DNA of 64,000 nt from an uncultured Alkalitalea sp. (GTDB taxonomy: Bacteria > Bacteroidota > Bacteroidia > Bacteroidales > Marinilabiliaceae), in contig CAZODA010000012.1 of NCBI GenBank assembly GCA_964578485.1, positions 555 to 64,554 on the forward strand, written 5' to 3'. Made by a program: the position numbers and the translations under genes. Below the pieces are notes generated by a model. It was not told the DNA's origin. It did not search any database and saw nothing but the letters and a program-made list of their open reading frames with translations. Below, piece by piece: positions 31,580 to 41,933 of the stretch (the stretch's first letter is position 1; each line of letters opens with the position of its first letter).

Positions 31580-34500
31580 TTATGGTCGAACAATTATTTT
31601 TTTTATTATTTGTGTTTCTTTTCCTCTATATCCCTTAATTTTAAACCTTAAGTAATATATTCCGGATTTTTTTATGCCAAGGCTCTCCAAAGATAATAGA
31701 ATTGGTTCAATAAATCCTTCTATGGCTGGAGCATCTTTTCTTTGTTGTCCGATGATATATCCCTGTGAATTAACTGCACTAACATTAATAAAGACCTCTG
31801 AATCAGGAGGGTTTGTTTTAAATGAGAATGAAATCATTTTTTGAAAATCATCAGGATTATATGAAAAATTAAAATCATTTATATCCGCTTGATTTTTGTT
31901 ATCCACGGTAAATGACAAAATACGGGAGGCGGAATTATTATAAGTATCCCACACTCTAAATTTTAATTGATGTTTACCCGGAGCAAATGTGGGCAATTGG
32001 TAAATCACTGTACCCTTCTTGTAATTATCGGGGCAGATATTAAAATAATCATTCAAAATAATTGTATTATTTATATCATCATCAATTATTATGATAATAT
32101 CATGGCCTATACCTGCGCCGAAGCTGTTTATTCCTGATTCATCGTACACCTCAGCATAAAGAATAGGATTTGTACCAACCAGTCCGTCGGCTTTAAATTC
32201 CGGGTGATCGAGATAAATGTTGATGTCGGGGCCTAAAGTATCGGCTAAGGCATCGGTATTTAATCCTCCGACAATAAAGCCATCATAAACACCTACGGCA
32301 CTATTATATTCATTTGAATATGCATAATAAGATATTCTTCCTTCACCAAAATTATAACGAATATCATAAGGCACCACAAACTCTGTTTCAAATTCACCGG
32401 ATGAGACAGTCGCCTTTCCTTTAAAAATTAAATTTGAATATTGGCTGTATTCAAAGGGATCATTTCCATGATTTCCAAGAGTTGTATGTTTTGCTTTTTT
32501 ATCATAAACTGTGATTTCTATCTCACCTTCATAATTTTCAAATTTAATTCCTTGATCATTGACAATTTCACCTGAAATATGAATTTTCGACAAAGCTTTC
32601 AAGGTATCAATCGGTTCATCTACAGCTTTGTGATTAATTTTCCTTGTTTCAACATTAAACTCAGGATGTAACATTTTAATTGCAGGATCTCCTAACAAAA
32701 CAAAATTTAGTTTATTGCTGTGATTGGCAGAATTATTCTTTGTATTCTTAATAATATCTCCTAATGAAGGCCATTCTCCTTCATTATTTTTATTAAACGC
32801 ATAATTAAAAAAGGTGCTGTTGAGGTTAAAATTCAAGCTGGAAAACACAACCCTAGTGGTAGTAAGTAAAGCTATTCCACCTCCTTTTGGATTTAAAAAC
32901 ACTTTTTCACCTGCCGACAAGATATTATGGTCGTCATAGCGTGTGAATTCACAAGTAGCAATAACAAAAACAGGTAAACGGTATAAATTATTCCATTTTT
33001 CAATTGATGCAGAGGTCACCACTCTTTCTGCCGTTAAAGCATCGGAACCTCCATGTCCAACAAAATTCAATAAAAGTGTCCCCTCCTCAATCATTTTATC
33101 AATGGCCTTTTCAGCCTCGGGGGATCGAAATCCTGTTGAAACCGGTATTATTGGATAGTTATCGAGATATAATTTATTCAAGTCAAATATGGGATGGTTT
33201 ATTTCCACTTTTTCGGCCAGAATGTCTGAATCTATCATATGTACATTATAATCATCATCATCGGCAAAAAAGCTTATTCTTTTTGTCCACTCTCCCATAT
33301 CTTGTTCTTCCAGATATATTCTTACTTTTTCTACTGCAATTTCAGCCTCTTGTGGTGTATTTACAGGGAATCTTCCTATACCGATGTTCAATTTATCATA
33401 TTTTTCCTCTCCTCCTTCATTATCATTCAAATGTCCAAAATAATCATCAGTAACATAAGAATTAGCATAATGAATAGAATTTTCAGACTGATATGTTACA
33501 ATTCCACTTTCTACTCCCGGAACTTTTGACCGGTTATCATATGAACCTCCTCCAAAAAGGAGTAAGTATTTTGGAGCTTTATAATTATCCCCATCAGCTC
33601 TTTTATACAACATTCTAACAAAGGAACGTATTGCAGTTGGATCCTGATGCCCCCATGAAAACTCATTATATATCTGCTGCACAGGAGCAACTGCTACCGA
33701 CAGCTCGCTATGTAGTTCGTGTAATTCGGCCAATTGATTGGCATAAAGTTCCAGGCCATTTGCAACAACAATAACATAATCGGCTTGTTGTATATAATGA
33801 AGGTTTTGATTTTCAATGTGTCCGACAGATTTAGGTGAAGGAAAGTCAGCTGAAGGATTAAAGGCAATATATTCCTTTATATTATCTGAAGTATCGATAA
33901 ATTCAAGCTTAGAACCAGTTAATTTTGAATTTATTTTTTTTGGACTTGTAATATCTGTTACATCCCAAATTATTGTTTCTCCTTGTGCTCCTTCAATCTT
34001 AAATTTAGAAATTTTCCCTTCGCCTATTGTTTTATGATCTCTAAACTGCAACTCATCTCCATTCATTATAGGGAAGCTTCTTGCATTAAGAGTAATAAAA
34101 TCCATGTATCCTGTTGCCTGCGCTGTCCCTTCATTAAAGACAAGTTTGATATTTAAATCTTTTTCATCAGCAATAAAATCAGCAAATGCAATATTTTCAT
34201 GGGCATAATCACTATCTGTTCGGTTCATCGTTAAAACAGCTTCTATATCGATAGTGAGAATTGCTTGTTCATTATTATTTACAAAAAACTCAAAATAATT
34301 ATTATCTGCGGACCTACCTGCAACTTTAGATAGAATTTTTATGGATTTTAAAGGGTCTCGATATTTAAAAGGGAAATAATAATTATGCTTATACTGATAT
34401 AAACTCCCGAATCTTTCACCAAACCAAGTCCTTCCTGATTTTAAAATATTTATTAACTCTTCTTCATGATATTGCAATTCATCGAAATGCGTACTCACAT

Positions 34501-34981
34501 AATTTGCTTCACCTAATTCAGCAGGTAAAATCTCAATTCCCTTTATATCTCCATTTTTTTCTGTTAAAAAATAATAAGAATAGTCAGACCAGTTATGTAG
34601 GCTATGCGTGAACAAATCTTTATTTTCATCCCATGACCATGAAACCGGTCCATGTGCATAAAAATACACAGTATTATTATAATGCCAGACTCCCACTTCC
34701 GGCAAATCATCCATTCTGGGTTCATTATTCATTCTTGGCAGCATCTGCCCTCCATACCCATAAACGGCAACTTGCGATGGTTCGTTAAAGCCCCATTCCA
34801 ATAATGTTTCATAAGTCAGCGTATGAATTCCCGTTTTTGTAACATACACTTTATGCCATTTACCTGTCGATAAAACAGAATTTATGTTATCAACATTATT
34901 AGCGGAAGATTTACGTGATGCTTCAACATAATGAAGTAAAAAACCAACAAAAAAAACAATGATAAAGAAAAGCTTTCTCAT
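31580..34981 (-). CDS. porU: type IX secretion system sortase PorU (C25-type cysteine peptidase), copy 1
   Basis: 1133 aa with a signal peptide and putative catalytic His (NFVGHGGSD) and Cys (FVIATCEFTRYDD). The C-terminal beta-rich CTD-like end is ...YYLRFKIKGYRGKETQIIKKIIVRP. It lies between porV and gldJ. Confidence 0.85.
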   Translation of the reverse strand: MRKLFFIIVFFVGFLLHYVEASRKSSANNVDNINSVLSTGKWHKVYVTKTGIHTLTYETLLEWGFNEPSQVAVYGYGGQMLPRMNNEPRMDDLPEVGVWHYNNTVYFYAHGPVSWSWDENKDLFTHSLHNWSDYSYYFLTEKNGDIKGIEILPAELGEANYVSTHFDELQYHEEELINILKSGRTWFGERFGSLYQYKHNYYFPFKYRDPLKSIKILSKVAGRSADNNYFEFFVNNNEQAILTIDIEAVLTMNRTDSDYAHENIAFADFIADEKDLNIKLVFNEGTAQATGYMDFITLNARSFPIMNGDELQFRDHKTIGEGKISKFKIEGAQGETIIWDVTDITSPKKINSKLTGSKLEFIDTSDNIKEYIAFNPSADFPSPKSVGHIENQNLHYIQQADYVIVVANGLELYANQLAELHELHSELSVAVAPVQQIYNEFSWGHQDPTAIRSFVRMLYKRADGDNYKAPKYLLLFGGGSYDNRSKVPGVESGIVTYQSENSIHYANSYVTDDYFGHLNDNEGGEEKYDKLNIGIGRFPVNTPQEAEIAVEKVRIYLEEQDMGEWTKRISFFADDDDYNVHMIDSDILAEKVEINHPIFDLNKLYLDNYPIIPVSTGFRSPEAEKAIDKMIEEGTLLLNFVGHGGSDALTAERVVTSASIEKWNNLYRLPVFVIATCEFTRYDDHNILSAGEKVFLNPKGGGIALLTTTRVVFSSLNFNLNSTFFNYAFNKNNEGEWPSLGDIIKNTKNNSANHSNKLNFVLLGDPAIKMLHPEFNVETRKINHKAVDEPIDTLKALSKIHISGEIVNDQGIKFENYEGEIEITVYDKKAKHTTLGNHGNDPFEYSQYSNLIFKGKATVSSGEFETEFVVPYDIRYNFGEGRISYYAYSNEYNSAVGVYDGFIVGGLNTDALADTLGPDINIYLDHPEFKADGLVGTNPILYAEVYDESGINSFGAGIGHDIIIIIDDDINNTIILNDYFNICPDNYKKGTVIYQLPTFAPGKHQLKFRVWDTYNNSASRILSFTVDNKNQADINDFNFSYNPDDFQKMISFSFKTNPPDSEVFINVSAVNSQGYIIGQQRKDAPAIEGFIEPILLSLESLGIKKSGIYYLRFKIKGYRGKETQIIKKIIVRP

Positions 34982-35058
34982 CTATTTTTATGCTATATAT
35001 ATATCAAAATTTCTAATTATTATCGGATTTTAAATTGCTTTATTTGTCGGATAAAATT

Positions 35059-38000
35059 TTATGGTCTTAGCATTATTTTTTCAACAATTTGTGCTTTTTT
35101 CCCTTCCGGAGTTCGAATGCTAAATCTGACAAAATAAAGTCCCGGAGTTTTAGCTCCCATATTCATGAGTGACAGTCCTGAATCTGCTACATAATTACCT
35201 CGGGCAACGGTTTCAATTCTATGCTTTCCAACAACTAAACCATCAATTGTATATAAGTCGATATCTATTTCAAGTGCAGAATTAGGCTCACCCGTTTCAA
35301 ATGCAAAGCCACCATTGGCATTAAATGAAATTGGATTTGGATACCAAATAAAATTCCATATTTTCAAATCCTTTCCTTTTCCAACAAAAAACTCAAGCTC
35401 TTCTGTTGTAGAATTATTATAGGTATCCCATACACGAATACTAAGATTATTCAATCCTTCAGGGACTTCAGGTAACTGATATTCAATCACTCCTTCTTTA
35501 TAGGTATCAGATTTTGCCTTAAAATAATCATTTAAGATAAGAGCTTGATTGTAATTTTCATTAAGGATTAAAATTATGTCATGCCCAATACCTGTCCCTG
35601 AAGTATTTATTCCGGAATCATCGAACAATTCTGCATATAATATGGGGGTTGAACCTGTAACATCACCATTTTTAAACTCCGGATGATTAAGGTATAATTT
35701 AACTTCCGGGCCCTTGTCATCAGGATTAAAGTCTGTATTAAAACCTCCGATTTTAAGTTTCTCGAAGGCACCAAATGCATCTCCATAATCATTGGATTGT
35801 GCATAATAACTAATTTTTCCATCCCCATAATTGTATCTGATATCAAATGGGATAATAAACTCCATTTCGAATCTCCCTTCACGGACGCTTGCCTTACCTT
35901 TAAACAAAACACTAAAAAAGTTTTTAAATTGAAAGGGTTCTATGCCTTCATGTCCGAGGGTAGCAACTTCCTGCTGCTTATCATAAACAGTAATCTCCAT
36001 TTCCCCATTATAGTCGTCAATTCTCAAGCCTTTACCGTCAACCACCTCACCTTCAATGCTTACTGAAGACAATGCCTTTATAGTATCGCCAAATTCTTCA
36101 ATATTTTGATGATTTATTTTTGTTGTTTTAACATTATGTGAAGGATAGATTAGTTTAATAGCAGGGTCACCAAGCAGAACAAAGTTTAATTTATTAACAC
36201 CGGATGCCAATCCATTTTTTGTATATCTTGTAATATCTCCTAAAGCGGGTCGTTTACCATTTTCATCATAATTAAACACGAAATCAAAAAACCTATTATT
36301 AAGAATAAAATTTTGATTGGCAAAAACAACTCTTGTGGTGCTCAATAAAGCGATAGCTCCACCTCTTGTATTAAAAAACACCAGTTCACCTGCCGATGGT
36401 TCTCCATCATGGTCGTCGAAGCGGCTAAAAGTACAAGTTGCTGTAACAAAAAGAGGTAAGCGTCTAATATTATTTAGTTCTTTAACACTAGTTCTATTTA
36501 CTACTTCCTTTTTTGTAAGTGCATGTGATCCTCCATGTCCGACAAAATTAAATAAAACTGTTCCTTCTGAAATTGCTCTGTTAACTGCATCTTCTGCTTC
36601 AGGCGATCTATTTCCTGTAGATATTGTTGTTTCGGGGTAACTATCCAAATAAATTTTTTTAATATCATATTCGGGATAATTTTCGGCAACTTTTTTTGAT
36701 AACATGTCTGCCTGACTCATATGCAAATGGTTATCTCCGTCTTCAGCAAAAAAAGTAATATTCTTGCGCCATGCTCCTACATCTTGTTCTTCAAAATATT
36801 TTCTCACCTTTTCCACTGCATTTTTTGCTTGTGTGATGTTTCGTACAGGGAATCTGCCTATTCCAAGGTATAGAATATCATTCACATCATCTCCACCTTG
36901 TTCACAATCTAAAAACCCAAAATAGTCATCTGTTACATAAGTATTTGTGTGATGAGTTGAGTTCTCCGACTGGTAAGTTACAATACCATTTTCTACACCC
37001 GGTATTTTTGATTTGTTGTTATATGATCCACTCCCAAAAAGTAAAAGATAGCGGGGCTTTTTATCATTATCATCAGCTGCTCTAAGATATAACATCCTCA
37101 TAAATAAACGAATAGCAGTAGGATCCTGATGTCCCCATGAAAACTCATTATAAATTTTGCTTACAGGTACCACAAGTGGTGTTAAATTATTGTAAGCTTG
37201 GTGTAATTCGGCAAGTTCTTCTGCATAAGGTTGAAAATCATCAGCTACAACAATTACATAATCAGCCTGCTGATGAGAATGAAGATTTTGGTTTTCTATT
37301 TTCCCTATCCTTTGTGGCACGGGAAATTCGCCCCCCGGATTAAATGCTATAAATTCGTATGCCTTATCAGTTTTCATTTTAAATTCCACCCTTCCCGAAA
37401 CAAATGAAGAAGGGATTAAAACAGGGCTTTCAATATGAGTTATATCCCATACTACGGTTTCGGATTTACCATTTTCGATGCTGAACAATGCTAATTCACC
37501 TTTTTCATATGATTCACGATCTCTGAAACTTAACTGATGAGCATTTAATATTAATTTGCTTCTGGCATTAATGGTGATATAATCCATGTATCCCGTTGCA
37601 ATAGCAGTTGTAGGATTATATCTGACCTTTAAATTTAAATCTTTCTCATCAGAAATCACATTAGTTATAAAAGAGTTTTCAACAGCAAAATTTCCACTTT
37701 CACGAGACATGTCCTGAACCGGTAATATCGACATAGAATAGAAAGCACTTTTCGAATCATTTAAAAAAAAGCTAAAAGAACTAGAGCTTCCCGAACGTGC
37801 TGCCATACTTGAAGTAATTCGGACAGCTTGGCTTACATCACGATTATTAAGGGTAAATTTAAAGCTATGCTCAAGGCGACCGGAAGAAGCATCAAAGCGT
37901 TCTCCAAACCATTTTCGTCCTGATTTCATAATATTAATCAACTCAGCCTCATGATAATGCCTTTCGTCATAATGTGTAACATTTACAGTTGGGATTCCAT

Positions 38001-38583
38001 CTAAAGGAGGCATTTGAATTGGCTCTTTAATTTTATCATTTTTTTCTGTCAGGAAATAAAATGAAAAACTTGACCAATAATGAAGTTTTTGAAGGAACAT
38101 TTTTTTTTCATCATCCCAATACCATGAAGCCGGGCCATTAGCATAAAAATATATAGCATTATTATAATGCCATATTCCTACTTCAGGCAAGTCGTCGGGT
38201 CGTTCTATATTATTTTGTGAGGGTAGCATCTGCCCTCCGTAGCCATATACAGCTACCTTTGAAGGCTGGCTGAATCCCCACGATTGAAGCATTGAATACG
38301 GTATTCTGTGAATTCCACTTTCATTCACAGATATTTTCTGCCAGTTTCCTGAACCTAAAACTGAAGAAGTAGAAAATCCACAGCCATCATTTTGTGATTT
38401 TAATTCTGCAAGCGACAAATCAAGGTCATCAGTCTTTATAGAAGTCGCGTTATGCCCTATGATTTGATTTTCTGTAATTAATTTATCTTTTTGTTGTTTT
38501 TCAGCATAATTAATGGCTCCATTTACAATAACTGGAGACAGAAAAGAGAAAATACAGAAAAAATAAAAAATCCTTAGCTTCAC
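35059..38583 (-). CDS. porU: type IX secretion system sortase PorU paralogue, copy 2
   Basis: 1174 aa, alignable by eye with copy 1 along its whole length. It keeps NFVGHGGSH and FVTATCTFSRFDD, and the CTD-like end ...LYFVRFSIRTPEGKKAQIVEKIMLRP. Confidence 0.8.
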   Translation of the reverse strand: MKLRIFYFFCIFSFLSPVIVNGAINYAEKQQKDKLITENQIIGHNATSIKTDDLDLSLAELKSQNDGCGFSTSSVLGSGNWQKISVNESGIHRIPYSMLQSWGFSQPSKVAVYGYGGQMLPSQNNIERPDDLPEVGIWHYNNAIYFYANGPASWYWDDEKKMFLQKLHYWSSFSFYFLTEKNDKIKEPIQMPPLDGIPTVNVTHYDERHYHEAELINIMKSGRKWFGERFDASSGRLEHSFKFTLNNRDVSQAVRITSSMAARSGSSSSFSFFLNDSKSAFYSMSILPVQDMSRESGNFAVENSFITNVISDEKDLNLKVRYNPTTAIATGYMDYITINARSKLILNAHQLSFRDRESYEKGELALFSIENGKSETVVWDITHIESPVLIPSSFVSGRVEFKMKTDKAYEFIAFNPGGEFPVPQRIGKIENQNLHSHQQADYVIVVADDFQPYAEELAELHQAYNNLTPLVVPVSKIYNEFSWGHQDPTAIRLFMRMLYLRAADDNDKKPRYLLLFGSGSYNNKSKIPGVENGIVTYQSENSTHHTNTYVTDDYFGFLDCEQGGDDVNDILYLGIGRFPVRNITQAKNAVEKVRKYFEEQDVGAWRKNITFFAEDGDNHLHMSQADMLSKKVAENYPEYDIKKIYLDSYPETTISTGNRSPEAEDAVNRAISEGTVLFNFVGHGGSHALTKKEVVNRTSVKELNNIRRLPLFVTATCTFSRFDDHDGEPSAGELVFFNTRGGAIALLSTTRVVFANQNFILNNRFFDFVFNYDENGKRPALGDITRYTKNGLASGVNKLNFVLLGDPAIKLIYPSHNVKTTKINHQNIEEFGDTIKALSSVSIEGEVVDGKGLRIDDYNGEMEITVYDKQQEVATLGHEGIEPFQFKNFFSVLFKGKASVREGRFEMEFIIPFDIRYNYGDGKISYYAQSNDYGDAFGAFEKLKIGGFNTDFNPDDKGPEVKLYLNHPEFKNGDVTGSTPILYAELFDDSGINTSGTGIGHDIILILNENYNQALILNDYFKAKSDTYKEGVIEYQLPEVPEGLNNLSIRVWDTYNNSTTEELEFFVGKGKDLKIWNFIWYPNPISFNANGGFAFETGEPNSALEIDIDLYTIDGLVVGKHRIETVARGNYVADSGLSLMNMGAKTPGLYFVRFSIRTPEGKKAQIVEKIMLRP

Positions 38584-39049
38584 TTATTAACAATTTTAGA
38601 AATACCTTATTCACAAATAACGCAAAAATATTAATCTTGTTTCTTATAGTTGGTCAAAAAATATATTTTTCATATCAAAGTGTAGCTTTTTCGGCAGTTG
38701 ATCAACTATGAATTTTATTCAACACCATCAAGATTAAAAAAAATGCTTATCTTCTCATCTCCGGAAAGCATTAAGGATTAAATTATCAGCGATAAATTTA
38801 TTATTACTTATTTTGCTTTTTGATATATTAGATATAATAATATACCAAAACCAACAGTTTAGCGTTAATATTGTTTACAAGATAGCAGTATTGTGCTTTA
38901 GTTAAAAAAATATATTAAGAAGGCATTTTTAATATAACCTTTTTCTATTTTTACAGTATAAAGCAAAAGAAGAAAGAAGTATCATAAGCAAAAGTTTATG
39001 ATAAATATATGTTTAATATTATGCAACTTAGAATTCAAGAACATAAGCT

Positions 39050-40537
39050 ATGAAATTTAGAGCAAGCTCATTACTAATTATTTTTGCCTCTGCATTGGTT
39101 ATTACTTCATGTTCCAGAGGTCGAAACGTTTCTTCCACTACCGGTTGGGCATATAATGATCCCGCCTATGGAGGTTTCGAGTATAAATCCGGATTTGAAC
39201 AAGCAACCGGTCCCGGACTTGTTTTTATTGAAGGCGGTACTTTTATTATGGGTCAGGTAGATGAAGATGTAATGCGTGATTGGAACAATGTACCACGTCG
39301 TGTTACTGTACCATCTTTTTATATGGATGAAACCGAAGTAAGAAATGTTGATTACAGGGAGTATCTATATTGGATTAGAAGGGTTTTTACCGACTATCCT
39401 GAAGTTTATCGCAACGCTCTTCCCGACACTTTAGTTTGGCGAAGGCCTCTTGCTTATAATGAGCCCCTGGTTGAAAATTATTTCCGCCATCCTGCTTATA
39501 GTGACTACCCGGTAGTAGGCGTCAATTGGCTGCAGGCAAATAATTACTGTTCGTGGCGTACCGATCGTGTGAACGAGGTAATTTTGATCAAACGAGGAGT
39601 TCTCGAAATGGACGTTAATCAACAAAACGAAAACAATTTTAATACCGAGGCTTATTTATTAGGTCAATATGATGGTATTGAAGGCAGACGTCCAATGCCG
39701 GATCTTGATCCTAACAGAGACACACGCCGTGTGAGAGCCGACGACGGAATACTTTTACCCCGTTATCGTTTACCAACAGAAGCTGAGTGGGAATATGCCG
39801 CTGTTGGTCTTATTGGTAACTCTTATGAAGAACGTCTTACCCATCGTAGGATTTATCCTTGGGATGGCCATATTGTAAGGAATCCAAGTAGAAAAGAACG
39901 CGGTCAGATGATGGCCAACTTTGTACGCGGGCGTGGTGACTATATGGGAATGGCAGGTTCTTTAAATGATGGAGGTGATGTTACTGTACACGTAAGATCC
40001 TACTATCCTAATGATTACGGCTTATATTGCATGGCGGGTAATGTTAATGAGTGGGTTGCTGATGTTTATCGTCCTCTTTCACACCAGGATGTTGATGAGT
40101 TCAGTCCTTTTAGGGGCAACATTTTCGAAACTAAGGTCTTAGATGAAGAGGGTATGGTGGTTGACAAGGACGAATTCGGACGTATCCGCTACCGTGAAGA
40201 GACAGATGAGGATATATTGGAGAGACCTAATTATCGTCACCCCGACAACAGGAATTTCCGTGATGGTGATGCTATTTCAAATTTATCCTCTGCAGAAGGA
40301 TGGGTTGATTCCGATTATGAAACAACAAATATGTATTCTGCCGCTCCTACCGATGAGCTAAGTAGTGGTATATCCGACCGTTCACGTGTTTATAAGGGTG
40401 GGGGCTGGCGCGACAGGGCCTATTGGCTAAGTCCGGGTACTCGTAGATTCTTAGACGAACGTGATGCCAGGGATGACCTTGGATTCCGTTGTGCAATGAC
40501 AAGAGTGGGTTCTCCCTCTTCAAATAAAAAAAGATAG
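39050..40537 (+). CDS. gldJ: gliding-motility/T9SS lipoprotein GldJ (FGE-sulfatase fold, GldK/PorK paralogue)
   Basis: 495 aa with a lipoprotein signal ...LVITSCS and the N-terminal STTGWAYNDPAYGGFEY. FGE-like blocks are RLPTEAEWEYAA and GFRCAM. It is divergent from porU and upstream of murF. As I recall, gldJ also neighbours porU, porV and murF in Flavobacterium johnsoniae. No gldLMN follows, which argues against GldK. Confidence 0.8.
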   Translation: MKFRASSLLIIFASALVITSCSRGRNVSSTTGWAYNDPAYGGFEYKSGFEQATGPGLVFIEGGTFIMGQVDEDVMRDWNNVPRRVTVPSFYMDETEVRNVDYREYLYWIRRVFTDYPEVYRNALPDTLVWRRPLAYNEPLVENYFRHPAYSDYPVVGVNWLQANNYCSWRTDRVNEVILIKRGVLEMDVNQQNENNFNTEAYLLGQYDGIEGRRPMPDLDPNRDTRRVRADDGILLPRYRLPTEAEWEYAAVGLIGNSYEERLTHRRIYPWDGHIVRNPSRKERGQMMANFVRGRGDYMGMAGSLNDGGDVTVHVRSYYPNDYGLYCMAGNVNEWVADVYRPLSHQDVDEFSPFRGNIFETKVLDEEGMVVDKDEFGRIRYREETDEDILERPNYRHPDNRNFRDGDAISNLSSAEGWVDSDYETTNMYSAAPTDELSSGISDRSRVYKGGGWRDRAYWLSPGTRRFLDERDARDDLGFRCAMTRVGSPSSNKKR

Positions 40538-40556
40538 AATTAACTATATAAAGAAA

Positions 40557-40586
40557 AGGCTGATATAATCTCAGCCTTTTTTTTTG
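40557..40586 (+). terminator. rho-independent terminator after gldJ
   Basis: AGGCTGA / TCAGCCT is a 7-bp stem with a 7-nt loop, followed by 9 T. Confidence 0.7.
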
Positions 40587-40602
40587 CCTAAATTCTAAAC
40601 AT

Positions 40603-41913
40603 TTGATAATCATGAATATTCATGAAATATATGAATTCTATCTAAAGTCGGGACAAGTAACTATCGACAGCCGAAAATGTCTTCCCGGAACAATATTTTT
40701 TGCACTCAAGGGTGATAAATTTGATGGTAATAATTTTGCATCCGACGCTCTCAAAAATGGATGTAGTTATGCTATAGTTGATAATCCTGAGCTTAAGAAT
40801 AAAGCCGATCATATTTGGGTACCGGATGCTCTAAAAACATTACAACAATTAGCCACCTTACATCGTCTTAAAAGTGAGCTTAAAGTAATAGCCATTACAG
40901 GTTCGAATGGCAAAACCACTACTAAAGAACTTATTTCGGTAATACTTACTGAAAAATACAGGGTTTGGAGTACTCAGGGAAATTTAAATAATCATATTGG
41001 TGTTCCTCTTACTCTTTTGTCTATTCCTCCGGGCACTCAAATAGCTGTTGTAGAAATGGGAGCCAACCATAAGGGTGAAATTTCAGATTTATGTGAAATA
41101 GCTCAGCCTGATATGGGTTTAATTACAAATATAGGAAAGGCACATCTCGAAGGTTTTGGATCTCTTGAAGGTGTAAAGCAGGCAAAAAAGGAGCTATATA
41201 GCTACTTGATTAAACACGGTGGTGAAATATTTATAAATGATGACAATCCCATATTAAAAGATTTGTTGGGAGATCATCAATCAGGTGTTTACCGTTATGG
41301 TAGCGATAAAAGTTGTGAAGTTTGTGGCAGCTATCTCAAATCAGATCCTTTAATGAGTTTTCAATGGAAATCTCCTTTCTCGGAATGGACAAATGTTCAA
41401 ACTCAATTAACAGGAACTTATAATTTCGAAAATGCCTTGGCTGCTGTAATAGTTGGGGTTCACTTTGCTGTTCCACAGAACTTAATTAATTCTGCACTAA
41501 CACGATATAAACCTCTTAACTATCGTTCTCAACTGCTTCAAACAAAAACCAATAAAATTGTTCTGGATGCCTATAATGCCAATCCATCGAGTATGCAAGT
41601 TGCTCTAAAGCATTTCGACACTATGAAGGCTTCAAATAAAATAGTAATCCTTGGAGAAATGAAAGAAGTTGGTAAAGAAAGTCATGCAGAACACAAAAAG
41701 ATAATTGCACAGCTACAAACTATGAGTATTAATAAATGTATCCTCATAGGTAATGAATTTAAAAACACTTTTCCTCACGACGAAAAATTCCTTTGGTTCC
41801 TGAATTCCGAAGACTTATTATCTTTTATTAATCGTCAGCCCCTATCCCATTCACTTATTCTGATAAAAGGAAGCAGGATAAACAAGCTTGAAAAGTTAAG
41901 CGAATTTTTATAG
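40603..41913 (+). CDS. murF: UDP-N-acetylmuramoyl-tripeptide--D-alanyl-D-alanine ligase
   Basis: 436 aa with the Mur ligase P-loop ITGSNGKTTTKE and DAYNANPSSM. An alternative ATG lies at 40612. Confidence 0.9.
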   Translation: MIIMNIHEIYEFYLKSGQVTIDSRKCLPGTIFFALKGDKFDGNNFASDALKNGCSYAIVDNPELKNKADHIWVPDALKTLQQLATLHRLKSELKVIAITGSNGKTTTKELISVILTEKYRVWSTQGNLNNHIGVPLTLLSIPPGTQIAVVEMGANHKGEISDLCEIAQPDMGLITNIGKAHLEGFGSLEGVKQAKKELYSYLIKHGGEIFINDDNPILKDLLGDHQSGVYRYGSDKSCEVCGSYLKSDPLMSFQWKSPFSEWTNVQTQLTGTYNFENALAAVIVGVHFAVPQNLINSALTRYKPLNYRSQLLQTKTNKIVLDAYNANPSSMQVALKHFDTMKASNKIVILGEMKEVGKESHAEHKKIIAQLQTMSINKCILIGNEFKNTFPHDEKFLWFLNSEDLLSFINRQPLSHSLILIKGSRINKLEKLSEFL

Positions 41914-41933
41914 CTAAACTTTTATATCTATTG

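Noticed and set aside
33004-33453. 149-aa plus-strand ORF (and the other 60-110 aa ORFs antisense to porU, glnN, gpmI, GH78, mutS and others) as overlapping genes.
   Set aside because: They lie entirely inside well-supported genes on the opposite strand. Their composition is low-complexity and biased (L, F, I, S, H rich), and they have no start context or motif. They are the expected by-product of codon bias.
40347-40613. 88-aa minus-strand ORF spanning the gldJ 3' end, its terminator and the murF start.
   Set aside because: It overlaps two well-supported genes and a clear terminator hairpin, and has no recognisable features.
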